IMG/VR virus record: IMGVR_UViG_3300050014_000310 | Location: 64,694 to 128,693 of that record | DNA length: 64,000 nt | Source: a virus | Direction: 5' to 3' (one strand) | Part shown: positions 50,083-58,840 of the stretch, piece after piece | How the letters are laid out: every line of letters starts with the position of its first letter | Position numbering within the stretch: position 1 is the stretch's first letter | Notes under the pieces: model-generated | Databases searched by the model: none | What the model was told of the DNA's origin: nothing | Seen by the model: the letters and a program-made list of their open reading frames with translations, nothing else | Translations under genes and position numbers: made by a program

Positions 50083-51258
50083 ATGCGCGGCAGCATCGCC
50101 AAAAAAGGTAATCGTTACTACGTCATCCTCGACCGGTACGTCAACGGCGCCCGCAAGCCGAAGTGGATCCCCGCCGGCGCATCCCAGGAAGAAGCCGACG
50201 CTAAACTGATCGAGATCAACCATGAGATATTGATCGGTGAGTTTATCGATCCATCCACCCTGACCATCGAAGAATACCTGAAGAAATGGTATGGCTACGC
50301 CCAGCCTGATTTGAGGGAGAAGACGCAAGTGGATTACGAGTGGGCGATCAAGCACATCAATGAGCACCTGGGTAGGGTGATGATCTCCAAGTTGCAACCG
50401 CTCGACATCGAAGAGATGGAAAAGCGGCTTCGGAAACCAGAGGGAACGCTCGGGGGCACCTCGGCTAACAATCTTCATGGCGTGTTCCACATCGCGCTGC
50501 GGCAAGCCGTCAAGTGGAAGATAATCAAGACGAACCCCTGCGATGCCGTGGATGCGCCGAAGAGGGATAAATTCCGGCCTGTCGTGTTGGATGAAGAACA
50601 ACTGGGGTTATTGCTGGATGAAGTGGCCGGCACGGAGATGGACCTGCCAGTGAATGAGGGGCTTCAATGCGGCATGCGCCGGGGGGAGATCTCCGGCCTC
50701 TGGTGGGAAGATGTCGATCTGGAGAAGAAGCAGATCCATATCTGGCGTGCCCTGGCGATGATCAGGGGTAAAGTCAAACCAAACGATGTCAAAACTGAGG
50801 ACAGCGAACGGACGATCATGCTGCCGGAGGACCTTGAGCAAATGCTCAGGTGCGAAGCGCGAAAGCAGGGATACGATGTTGATGATGATGTGGGGGATCT
50901 GATCCAGGAAGCAGAATTTCTGCTGGGGAAGCAGAAAAAGATAAACCGGCCGACCGGTTACGTCTGGCGCCGGGATGATGGGCTGCCGTACGGTCCGAAT
51001 TACCTTTATAAGCATTTCAAAAAGATCATGACCAAGCTGGGCCTTCCTGCCATGCGCGTGCACGATCTGCGGCATTCCTTTGCCACGTTTCTGCTGCTCA
51101 AAGGTGTTGATATAAAGATAGTAGCGGCTATTCTTGGACACAAGCGAGAGGACTTTACCCGGCACACATACGAGCATATATTGCCGGCAATGCAGCAGCA
51201 GGGAACAGACGCAGTGAATGGCCTGATTAAGAAAGCCAGGGAGAAAAAGGAGCGATAG
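50083..51258 (+). CDS. int: Tyrosine integrase with arm-binding N-terminus
   Basis: GMRRGEI (R), VKT (K), HDLRH, LGH, TYEH (Y). Confidence 0.95.
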   Translation: MRGSIAKKGNRYYVILDRYVNGARKPKWIPAGASQEEADAKLIEINHEILIGEFIDPSTLTIEEYLKKWYGYAQPDLREKTQVDYEWAIKHINEHLGRVMISKLQPLDIEEMEKRLRKPEGTLGGTSANNLHGVFHIALRQAVKWKIIKTNPCDAVDAPKRDKFRPVVLDEEQLGLLLDEVAGTEMDLPVNEGLQCGMRRGEISGLWWEDVDLEKKQIHIWRALAMIRGKVKPNDVKTEDSERTIMLPEDLEQMLRCEARKQGYDVDDDVGDLIQEAEFLLGKQKKINRPTGYVWRRDDGLPYGPNYLYKHFKKIMTKLGLPAMRVHDLRHSFATFLLLKGVDIKIVAAILGHKREDFTRHTYEHILPAMQQQGTDAVNGLIKKAREKKER

Positions 51259-51289
51259 AATGTTCTATTCTGCTCTTGTCTTTGATGAC

Positions 51290-51325
51290 CATGTTAGAAG
51301 AATGTTAGAATCCGGGGCGTTAGAA
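51290..51325 (+). repeat. Integrase arm-type sites, left arm
   Basis: TGTTAGAA at 51292 and 51303 (11-bp period), GTTAGAA at 51319. Confidence 0.75.
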
Positions 51326-51359
51326 AAGGCTCCCGGAACCCCGGAAGCCTTGGCAATTC

Positions 51360-51409
51360 TGGTGGACGTGAGGGGACTCGAACCCCTGACCTCCTGGATG
51401 CGAACCAGG
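51360..51409 (-). tRNA. 3' fragment of tRNA-Ala(CGC), att core
   Basis: Minus strand CCTGG-TTCGCAT-CCAGG AGGTC AGGGGTTCGAGTCCCCT CACGTCCACCA: anticodon arm, T arm, CCA; no 5' half. Confidence 0.88.
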
Positions 51410-51708
51410 AGGACGCAGCGAAGATCCTGGCCAAAGATAAGACCATCAAGGGCAGCCTGGATGAGATGCGGAAAGAGGCCCGAAAGCAATCATCCGGCGA
51501 CTGCGCCGTGCTGTCCGATCCCGAAGGTTTTGCGATCGTGCTCAAATACTACGGCATCGAGGGCAGCGCTTCCCCGAGGCCTGCAGAATCGGTGACTCCG
51601 GCAGAAGCAGCTCCAGCACCGGTCCAGGAAGCTGCAGCTCCGGCGCCGCCGGTCCAGGAAGCAAAGAAGAGCGTCAGTTTCGACGTCAATCTGGATGACC
51701 TGTTGTAG
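51405..51708 (+). pseudogene. 3' part of a PcfK-like gene
   Basis: QEDAAKILAKDKTIKGSLDEMRKEARK..CAVLSDPEGFAIVLKYYGI..FDVNLDDLL; no proper start; continues the frame of 56055-56830. Confidence 0.8.
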
Positions 51709-51711
51709 GGG

Positions 51712-53271
51712 GTGGCGCCAATGATATCAAGAGATAGAAAATGGCTGGAGCCATACAAGCCTTACGCTGCAGTAATCACTCCTGGCGCCGAGCAGTATGC
51801 CACCGACGCCGCTCTGCTCGCAAGCCGGTACATATTCACTGAGCGGATGGGGAAGAAGCAGTGGGCATACTGCACTCACTGCCACGGGGGATTTACTCCC
51901 GATGAAACCCTGAAGCACAACTCCGTGGCCATGTGCCCGCACTGCTTGAGCGCATGTATGGTCAAGGCATCCGGGCGCGGCCACTCGTACATGATCGACC
52001 AGACCTACTTCCTCCACTATGATAAGGTGCCTGCCAACCCTGATGCCATCGTGGCCAGGGGGATCCATGCCATCCGGGACTACAGCAGAAACTACAGGAA
52101 TGTTGAGACCGAGTATATCGTGCTGGCATACTACGTGTTCGAGCCGGGCCATGCTGCCATGATCAGAAATCGGTATGGCGAATGGGAGGTGGCAGCTACG
52201 GTCTACACGCTCCCTAAATACTATAGCGCCTTTCCAAGCTCCTACTCCCGGGATAGTGTCGAGGCCGCAGTGGCCGGGACTCCGTTCCGCTACAGCACAT
52301 GGCAGAAATACGACCTAGGCGACATGACCTCATTTTTCCACTTGGCTGCCAGGTACCCTTGCGTCGAATACCTCACGAAACTGGGGTTCAACCGCCTAGT
52401 TGAAGGCAAGATCTGCAATGATATGACCTACAACGCCATCAACTGGCGCGGCAAAAACGTCCTGAAAGTGCTCCGGATGACCAAGCAGGAACTGAACGAG
52501 ATCCGGCGCCAGAAGGTCGATGTGGGCTATGGATTTCTCGAGGCTCTGAAATGCTGCAAGGCGGCCGGCTGGAACCTGACAGTCCAGGAAGCAGTCTCGC
52601 TGGCCAGTGACTTCGGTAATTCGTATGGATTCGAGCATTTCAAGAAATTCCTGGCGCATGACGTTATAAAGAAGATACCGGTCAAAAAGGTTCTGCGCTA
52701 CCTGGACAAACAATATGCCCGGGACAAAGAGCACTATTCATCAAAAAGCAACGTGACCATCACCTGGCGCGATTACCTCGAGGACGCCAAAAGGCTACGG
52801 ATGGATCTGAAATCGGATAATGTGCTCTATCCCAAGAGCGTCTATACCATCCATCAGAACACGCTTACCCAGCTACGGATTAAGGCTGATGCAAAGCTCA
52901 ACGAGCAGATTGCGAAGCAGCTTGAAGAGCTCAACAAGAGATACTTCTTCGAGCATGGTGGACTCAGTATCCGACCGGCGAAGGACACTCTGGAGATGAT
53001 CAGCGAGGGAGAGGCGCTGAACCATTGTGTTGGCAGGTATGGCATTAACTATGCCAAAGGGCAGACCGTCATCCTCTTCGTGCGGAAGACTGACGAGCCG
53101 GACAAGCCCTATTACACAGTCGAGGTTCGCCCGGGTGACAAGGAAGTTTTCCAGATACATGGCAGGCATAACCGGCCACCCGGGCAGGATGTTGAAGAGT
53201 TTATCAAGGCCTTCACGGATGAGAGGCTGGCCAAGAAGAAGGAGCAGGAGCGCATCAGAATCCCGGCGTAG
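51712..53271 (+). CDS. PcfJ-like protein
   Basis: CTHC..CPHC; WRDYL; EGEALNHCVGRY..ILFVRK..PYYTVEV..QIHG..N. Confidence 0.85.
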   Translation: MAPMISRDRKWLEPYKPYAAVITPGAEQYATDAALLASRYIFTERMGKKQWAYCTHCHGGFTPDETLKHNSVAMCPHCLSACMVKASGRGHSYMIDQTYFLHYDKVPANPDAIVARGIHAIRDYSRNYRNVETEYIVLAYYVFEPGHAAMIRNRYGEWEVAATVYTLPKYYSAFPSSYSRDSVEAAVAGTPFRYSTWQKYDLGDMTSFFHLAARYPCVEYLTKLGFNRLVEGKICNDMTYNAINWRGKNVLKVLRMTKQELNEIRRQKVDVGYGFLEALKCCKAAGWNLTVQEAVSLASDFGNSYGFEHFKKFLAHDVIKKIPVKKVLRYLDKQYARDKEHYSSKSNVTITWRDYLEDAKRLRMDLKSDNVLYPKSVYTIHQNTLTQLRIKADAKLNEQIAKQLEELNKRYFFEHGGLSIRPAKDTLEMISEGEALNHCVGRYGINYAKGQTVILFVRKTDEPDKPYYTVEVRPGDKEVFQIHGRHNRPPGQDVEEFIKAFTDERLAKKKEQERIRIPA

Positions 53272-53289
53272 CCGGAAGGAGGAATAAAC

Positions 53290-54273
53290 GTGAGCGTGAT
53301 CGCCATAGAGAGAACCCCGAACCTTATAGCTGCGGAGATCAACGACATCAAGGGGCAGACCCGGACCATGATCCTCTATAGCAGCATCGAGATCGGCCGG
53401 CGCCTGGTCGAGGCCAAGGCGATGATCGACCACGGGGAGTGGGGCAACTGGCTGGAGCAATCGGTTGATTACTCCAAGAGCACGGCCAATAACCTGATGA
53501 AAATATTCGAGGAGTACGGCACCGATCGTACCAATCTCCTCGGCCATACTTCAAATCTCCAAGCGCTTGGAGATTTGAGTTACACGCAGGCGGTAGCACT
53601 CTTAGGCATCCCCCGGGATGAGCGGGAGCATTTCGTCGAGGATCACGACCTTGAGAGCCTTTCCACCCGGGAGTTGCAGAAGGCCATCAAGGAAAAGCAG
53701 GAACTCGAGCGACAGTTGGCAGAGGCCGAGGCCGGCCTTCGGGAAAAGGTGAGGCAAGAGCAACTATTCGAGGAGAAGCTGACCGAGGCGGAACAGCAGA
53801 CAAATTTGGCGGTCAAGCAAGCCCAGAGTGCCGATCGGGCAATCAAGGCCAAGGAGCATGACATCGACCTCTTGCACGAGAGGATCACAGGACTGACGGA
53901 GCGACTTGAAACCGCCCAGGCTGCCGGCAATGACGATGAGGTGGCCACACTCCGGGAGCAGCTCGCTGAAGCTAACAAGGACCTGACAACATCCGCTGAT
54001 CGCATCGATGAACTCGAGGCCCAACTCAAGGCGAAGCCGATCGAGACCACGGCCACGACGGTCGAGGAGCGGATCCCTGAGGACGTGCAAAAGGAGCTGG
54101 CCGAACTCCGGAAGCAGAGCCCGGCGGTCGTCAGATTCAGGGCACACTTCGATGCCCTAGTGAGCGGATTCCAGAAGCTGCTCGAGGACCTGGCCGAGAT
54201 GCAGGGATTAGATCATGACAAATATCGGGGCGCCGTGAGCGGACTGATCGGCAAGATGTCGGAGAGGCTGTAA
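53290..54273 (+). CDS. DUF3102-domain protein
   Basis: IEIGRRLVEAKAMIDHGEWGNWLE..STANNLMKIFEEYG; LSYTQAVALL; STRELQKAI. Confidence 0.85.
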   Translation: MSVIAIERTPNLIAAEINDIKGQTRTMILYSSIEIGRRLVEAKAMIDHGEWGNWLEQSVDYSKSTANNLMKIFEEYGTDRTNLLGHTSNLQALGDLSYTQAVALLGIPRDEREHFVEDHDLESLSTRELQKAIKEKQELERQLAEAEAGLREKVRQEQLFEEKLTEAEQQTNLAVKQAQSADRAIKAKEHDIDLLHERITGLTERLETAQAAGNDDEVATLREQLAEANKDLTTSADRIDELEAQLKAKPIETTATTVEERIPEDVQKELAELRKQSPAVVRFRAHFDALVSGFQKLLEDLAEMQGLDHDKYRGAVSGLIGKMSERL

Positions 54274-54288
54274 AAGGCGTGTGGTTAG

Positions 54289-54723
54289 GTGCCGCTGGAG
54301 CGACTAGAACCCACACGGGAGGAAGATATGAAACTCTACCACTTCACAGCGAATCATTTTGTGCCTGAGATAAAGCGTAGCGGGCTGACCCTGGGGATGT
54401 TCCCGATACTTGACGAGCATGGGAACCTGGTCCGGATGCTGGATAAATGGCAGTGGCTGACGGATGAGCGCCGGCCGGAGGAGCAGAGCTGGGCGACCAG
54501 CGAGGGCCTGGAGTACAGCCGGACGGAGACCAGGCTGACGATAGCTATCCCTAAGTCGCACCGGTACCAACTGCATAAGGCTCGGGACTTGCCTAAATAT
54601 CGGTGGCCGTTCCCTAAATCGGCATGGACGATTATCACGGACTGGTCAGGAAGCGAACACTGGTATGTATACTTCGGGAATGTACCATCCGGATGGATCA
54701 GGGAGATTGAAGCTACAGCTTAA
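54289..54723 (+). CDS. Hypothetical protein, possible ADP-ribosyltransferase-like fold
   Basis: LYHFT....I...GL and WLT motifs; probable start MKLYHF. Confidence 0.4.
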   Translation: MPLERLEPTREEDMKLYHFTANHFVPEIKRSGLTLGMFPILDEHGNLVRMLDKWQWLTDERRPEEQSWATSEGLEYSRTETRLTIAIPKSHRYQLHKARDLPKYRWPFPKSAWTIITDWSGSEHWYVYFGNVPSGWIREIEATA

Positions 54724-54728
54724 GGCTA

Positions 54729-55568
54729 TTGGGGGCAGGAGAATTGGCGAGACAGCGCTTTATACATCCCGAACTATGGACAGATCCAACGGTAGGACAA
54801 TTACCACCGCTCGAGCGTCTTCTTTTCATCGGTTGCTTCTCAAACGCTGACGATGAGGGGCGACTCCTTGGCAACCCAGCCTATCTGAGATCGACGGTCT
54901 TTCCCTATGACGATTTCACCATCGACCAGGTGCGGGAGATGCGGGATCACGTCATTGAGCACTGTAAAAACATCATTCTCTATGAGGCCGATGGTCTTGA
55001 ATACCTGGCCTTTACCAAGTGGGAGAGATACCAAAAACCTAAATACGCCAAGTCTTCCAAGCTGCCTGTACCGCCCGAGAAAAATAATGGAGAAAGCTTT
55101 CTCCAAAATGGGGGAAAAGATGGAGAACATTTGCCGGAAGACTTACTCCCTAGATTGGGTAGGGTTGGGTTGGGTTTGGATCTAGATAGGGTTGGGTTGG
55201 GTAGGGATGAGATTCCGCCGCCCACCCCTGACGATGACCAGTTGTTTATAGCTGAACTGAAACAAATACTGGCCTACCCCTTCGACGAGCAGAAGGACTC
55301 AGAAAACTTGAAACAATTAAGGGCGGATTTCCCAACGCTGAACCTACTGTCGGAGGTCAAGGCCTGGCGCACATACAAGCGGGACAAGCCGCTAAAGAAG
55401 GATTCCAACCCACGCTTGCAGTTCAGAAAGTGGTGTCAGATATCCCTGGAGAAACTGGAGAAGGAGGCACAAGCTCATGAAACCCATGTCGGAACTGATA
55501 CGAGACCTGCAGCAGGCTCAGCTCAATCGAAATACCCGATGCACTTCGAAACCGGAGACACAAGCTGA
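54729..55568 (+). CDS. Phage replication initiator
   Basis: ARQRFIHPELWTD..RLLFIGCFSNADDEGR; precedes the DnaC-like gene. Confidence 0.75.
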   Translation: MGAGELARQRFIHPELWTDPTVGQLPPLERLLFIGCFSNADDEGRLLGNPAYLRSTVFPYDDFTIDQVREMRDHVIEHCKNIILYEADGLEYLAFTKWERYQKPKYAKSSKLPVPPEKNNGESFLQNGGKDGEHLPEDLLPRLGRVGLGLDLDRVGLGRDEIPPPTPDDDQLFIAELKQILAYPFDEQKDSENLKQLRADFPTLNLLSEVKAWRTYKRDKPLKKDSNPRLQFRKWCQISLEKLEKEAQAHETHVGTDTRPAAGSAQSKYPMHFETGDTS

Positions 55569-56076
55569 TTGCCCGTTCTGCGGCGACAAGGGCATGGTGC
55601 TCCGGGAGCGCAACGGGGAATGGTATGCCAGCCCCTGCCGATGCGTGGAGCAAAAGGCGATCGAGCGGATGATCGAGACCTCCGGCCTGGACGATAACGA
55701 GCGGGAAATCCGGCTGGTGGACTTCAACGTGACGAAGAGCACGATTGCCATGTTCAAGGCGGTGCATAAATACCTCGAGGAGTTCCCGGAGCTTTACAAA
55801 TCCCGGGCGATCGCAAAGGGGTTGGCCCTGGCCGGCTGGGTGGGCGTCGGTAAGACGATGTTGGTGCAGGCGATTGCAAACGAGTTCCTGGACCGGCGGA
55901 TCCCAGTAGTCTTCGTAGTGACCCCGGCCCTGATCGGTGAGCTCCGGGCTTCACAGTTCGAGCCTGGCGGCCGTGCGCTTGAAGAAAAGATCGAGGCGCT
56001 CTCTGCTGTCGAGGTGGCCATTTTCGATGATGTGTCCAAGGAGAGCGTGACCGAGTGGGTGCAGACTTCTGGGTAG
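55477..56076 (+). pseudogene. DnaC/IstB-like helicase loader, 3'-truncated
   Basis: CPFC..PCRC, GWVGVGKT, IFDDVSKE..TEWVQ then an abrupt stop; the usual R..T(T/S)N C-terminal part is missing. Confidence 0.8.
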
Positions 56077-56834
56077 AGCCTGATCTGTGCAGTGCCTGTG
56101 TGACGCTATATTGCAGTAAAGCCAAGAAATATGATACCTGCCCTGAGCAGCCGGACTGGAGCAGTTGCTGGAGAGAGGGAGAGCCCTGCAGCTATCTCAA
56201 GTGGAAGCCAAGTGGCCTGACTCCGGAAGAGCAGGAAGCGGATGACGCCGAGCACCAGGCGGCATATGAGCAGGAGATCGCTGAGCAGGGCGCTGCGGTC
56301 AAGGTTGGGCCGGACCAGGAAGTCGTTACCCAGAAATATTACTGTGATTACTCAAGCCCTCACCATAGACATTGTTTATGCCCACCTGAAGTAAGTCCAA
56401 CAGACGACCAATGCGCTACGTGCCCTTTCCTGAAACCTTGCTGGCCAGATAGCTGCGAAGTCTGCGATCCGACAGACGGATCCCCTATCGTTTGCGGTCC
56501 GAAGTGCCCACATTTCGAAGACAAGCCCAAGCCGGTCCAGGAAGAGGAACCGGTCCAGGAAGCCGCAGCTACTCCGGAGCCCGAGCAAGGCGAAACGCCG
56601 GTGGTCCAGGAGCCCAAACCAGAGAAGAAGACCAGGGCGAAGAAACCTGCACCGGAGAAGGTAGCACAACCGGTCCAGGAGACACCGGCAGCTCCGGCAC
56701 CCCAGGTCCAGGAAGCCACCGGCGATCCGCTCACTGATGCGATCGCCAAAATCAAGGCTGAGATGGCCGAAAAGGTCAGCAGCTACACCAAGGTGATCGG
56801 TAACTTCCTGCTTGCGCACCTGGATGCGAATTAG
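56055..56834 (+). pseudogene. 5' part of the PcfK-like gene, apparently 5'-truncated
   Basis: Cys-rich region, PVQE repeats, AIAKIKAEM..YTKVIGNFLLAHLDAN ending in the att core. Confidence 0.75.
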
Positions 56835-56933
56835 AATTTTGCGCTTTTACCGGATTTTATATGCCCTGAAAGGTTTGATAAATAAGGATTCATTGTTGGC
56901 CATCCAGGTTGCTCCACTCTGGAATGTGACGCT

Positions 56934-56955
56934 CATGTTAGAAGTTTGTTAGAAG
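56934..56955 (+). repeat. Integrase arm-type sites, right arm
   Basis: TGTTAGAA at 56936 and 56947, same 11-bp period; CATGTTAGAAG identical to 51290-51300. Confidence 0.75.
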
Positions 56956-56967
56956 CATGGATAGGAG

Positions 56968-57117
56968 ATGGATTGGATGCTCATCGTCGCCTTGGTACTC
57001 GTCGCATTGGCATCACTGGCCACGCTCTATGAACTGCGCTATCGTCAGCAGAAGGAGAGGGAGATCGAGGACAAGAAGGCTATCGTCAGGATCGTCCGCC
57101 ACTGGTTCAGCCGGTAA
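56968..57117 (+). CDS. Small membrane protein (49 aa)
   Basis: RBS AGGAG; MDWMLIVALVLVALASLATLYELRYRQQKERE.. Confidence 0.45.
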   Translation: MDWMLIVALVLVALASLATLYELRYRQQKEREIEDKKAIVRIVRHWFSR

Positions 57118-57181
57118 TGGAAGCCATAGGCATCGTTGTAATCCTGGCGTTCCTTCTGTCCATCTTCAGCGATGATGATCC

Positions 57182-57373
57182 CTAATGCAGCTTCTTCAGC
57201 GTCTTGGCAAGGTTGGCCTGCTTCGCTGTTGTCGGGTTGCTGCTGTTGGCGGCTTTCTTCAAAAACGCCGGTTTGATTGTTCCAGCCTTGGTCAAGCCTC
57301 CGGCCACCTTCGCTTTCTTGGCCAGAGCTCCAGGATGCTTTGAAACGGCCTTCTTAATCCAATTTCCTGCCAT
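57182..57373 (-). CDS. Small Lys/Ala-rich basic phage protein
   Basis: NWIKKAVSKHPGAL..ANLAKTLKKL; RBS AAGGAGG. Confidence 0.7.
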   Translation of the reverse strand: MAGNWIKKAVSKHPGALAKKAKVAGGLTKAGTIKPAFLKKAANSSNPTTAKQANLAKTLKKLH

Positions 57374-57386
57374 GCGCTTTTCCTCC

Positions 57387-58730
57387 TTATATGAGTTTGT
57401 ATTGCCTTAATTTGTGATACCTGGTCAACGGCAGCCGGGGATCGTCCTCCTCGTCGATGTCATCCCGGGCGTACTTGGTGGCGCAATGGAATTGGAAGAA
57501 CTTTTTCCGCAGCTCCGCAAAACTTCCTTCCGGGTTCTCGCCGGTCGCCGTGATGATCGCTATAGCATCGTCGCCGGTGGTCATCAGCTCCCCGCTTTTC
57601 ATGTAGCAATCCCATAACCACACATCGGGCATCATCTCTGCCGGGAAGTCGATCATCTGGTCTGGTGTCTCTGAATCGTTGAACAGGCGCAGAGAGGTCG
57701 CTACCTGGTCTGTGGCGAATGCTTTTTCGGGATCGAGCTTGCCGTCCATGTAGCCAGCCAGGAACTGCCCTACGTCGATCTTCAGCAGGGCAAAGGTGGA
57801 GAATATCGCATTATAGCCGAAGCGCGAGCCGCAGACCTCCAGCGCCCAATACTTGTCCAGGGAGTGATCGTAAATCACCGATATATCCAGAAGCCCCGTG
57901 CCGATGTTCTTCGCTGCGTATGCGTCTAGCTTTGCGTTCGTGGCCATCCTCAGCGGAGAGTCCGGCGGCAGGATGGCGTCGATCGAGAAAGCGCAGCCCG
58001 TTTGAACCTCGCACATCGGGTTGTACTTCAATTTATCCTCAAGGTTGAGGCAGCAGAGAACCGGTTTGCCTTCGTAATACCATGTTTCGATGGCGATCTC
58101 CTCGCCGGCCACCTTCTCCTGAAGCAGAAAGGGCTCCGCGTCGATCAGCTTCGCCTCGGCGGTAAGTTTCTGGATCAGTTCGTCGTTTGAATCGCTGGCC
58201 ACCTGAGTAACCACAGCCGGGTTATCCGACTTCAGCACATACAGTTTATCGGCATTCTTCTGCAAGAACTCAATGGCTTTCTTGCTGCTTCCCTTGCCGA
58301 ACTCCTGCTGCTCCGGGATATCAAGGCCGGACTTGCCCAGGACCCGCAGTGTGGCATCGCGGTCCTTCTCCAGCTCATAGCCTACCTTCGAGCCTCCAAG
58401 CACCAAGCAGCCCTTCTTACGCAGCGCTTCGGAGAACTGGCTGCCGTATATCTGATCGAAGATGTAATAGACCCCATCGCCCTTGTGCGCCTGCTTGACC
58501 ACATCAGAGGCCCATACCTTATCCACCAGGCCGGTGCCGTTCTGGTCCAGGTATTTCATTCTCTTGGCCCATTCCTTGGATTGCTTCGCGTCCCTTGCTG
58601 CCACGATCTTGCCGGTTTTCTCCCACGGTTTGATCATGGCCAGTTTAACCTTGTATCCTTCGTATTTCAGCCGTATTGCAATGGCCAGGCCTGAATGATC
58701 GGCGGTGAAGATGATGAACTGTTTTTTCAT
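57387..58730 (-). CDS. ATP-grasp enzyme, PurD/GARS-like
   Basis: Probable start MKKQF; GGSKVGYELEKDR, YVLKSD, LLQEKVAGEEIAIE, ALEVCGSRFGY. Confidence 0.75.
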   Translation of the reverse strand: MKKQFIIFTADHSGLAIAIRLKYEGYKVKLAMIKPWEKTGKIVAARDAKQSKEWAKRMKYLDQNGTGLVDKVWASDVVKQAHKGDGVYYIFDQIYGSQFSEALRKKGCLVLGGSKVGYELEKDRDATLRVLGKSGLDIPEQQEFGKGSSKKAIEFLQKNADKLYVLKSDNPAVVTQVASDSNDELIQKLTAEAKLIDAEPFLLQEKVAGEEIAIETWYYEGKPVLCCLNLEDKLKYNPMCEVQTGCAFSIDAILPPDSPLRMATNAKLDAYAAKNIGTGLLDISVIYDHSLDKYWALEVCGSRFGYNAIFSTFALLKIDVGQFLAGYMDGKLDPEKAFATDQVATSLRLFNDSETPDQMIDFPAEMMPDVWLWDCYMKSGELMTTGDDAIAIITATGENPEGSFAELRKKFFQFHCATKYARDDIDEEDDPRLPLTRYHKLRQYKLI

Positions 58731-58840
58731 CAGTTGCTCCTTTCCACATCTCCCGGCTCCGTAATCACCGGATAATTGCATTCATCGCAGAAGTTATCGA
58801 AGGGATCGCAAATGAGGCAGACAATCGGGCATTTGGTCAC
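58730..58840 (-). CDS. Cys-rich acidic peptide (36 aa)
   Basis: Read manually: GTG overlaps the upstream TGA and its own TGA overlaps the next ATG; MTKCPIVCLICDPFDNFCDECNYPVITEPGDVERSN. Confidence 0.5.
   Translation of the reverse strand: MTKCPIVCLICDPFDNFCDECNYPVITEPGDVERSN

Larger units (their letters stand above)
51393..56830 (+). mobile_element. 5,426-bp permuted phage replication segment inserted in the att core
   Basis: Flanked by direct repeats CCTGGATGCGAA (51393-51404, 56819-56830); joining the two ends restores one ORF. Confidence 0.85.

Noticed and set aside
51360-51409. Complete tRNA gene
   Set aside because: Only the anticodon arm to CCA is present; the D arm and 5' acceptor strand are replaced by coding sequence
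51260-51595. 111-aa ORF after the integrase
   Set aside because: Spans arm sites, tRNA fragment and the junction; a chance frame
56530-56715. CCGGTCCAGGA repeats as DNA elements
   Set aside because: They encode PVQE linker repeats; used only as evidence that the two pcfK halves belong together
51393-56830. Transposon with target-site duplication
   Set aside because: No transposase or terminal inverted repeats; the 12-bp repeat is the att core, consistent with site-specific crossover
57387-58730. Host purD, i.e. start of bacterial chromosome
   Set aside because: Divergent, no other pur genes, and coupled to phage-type genes
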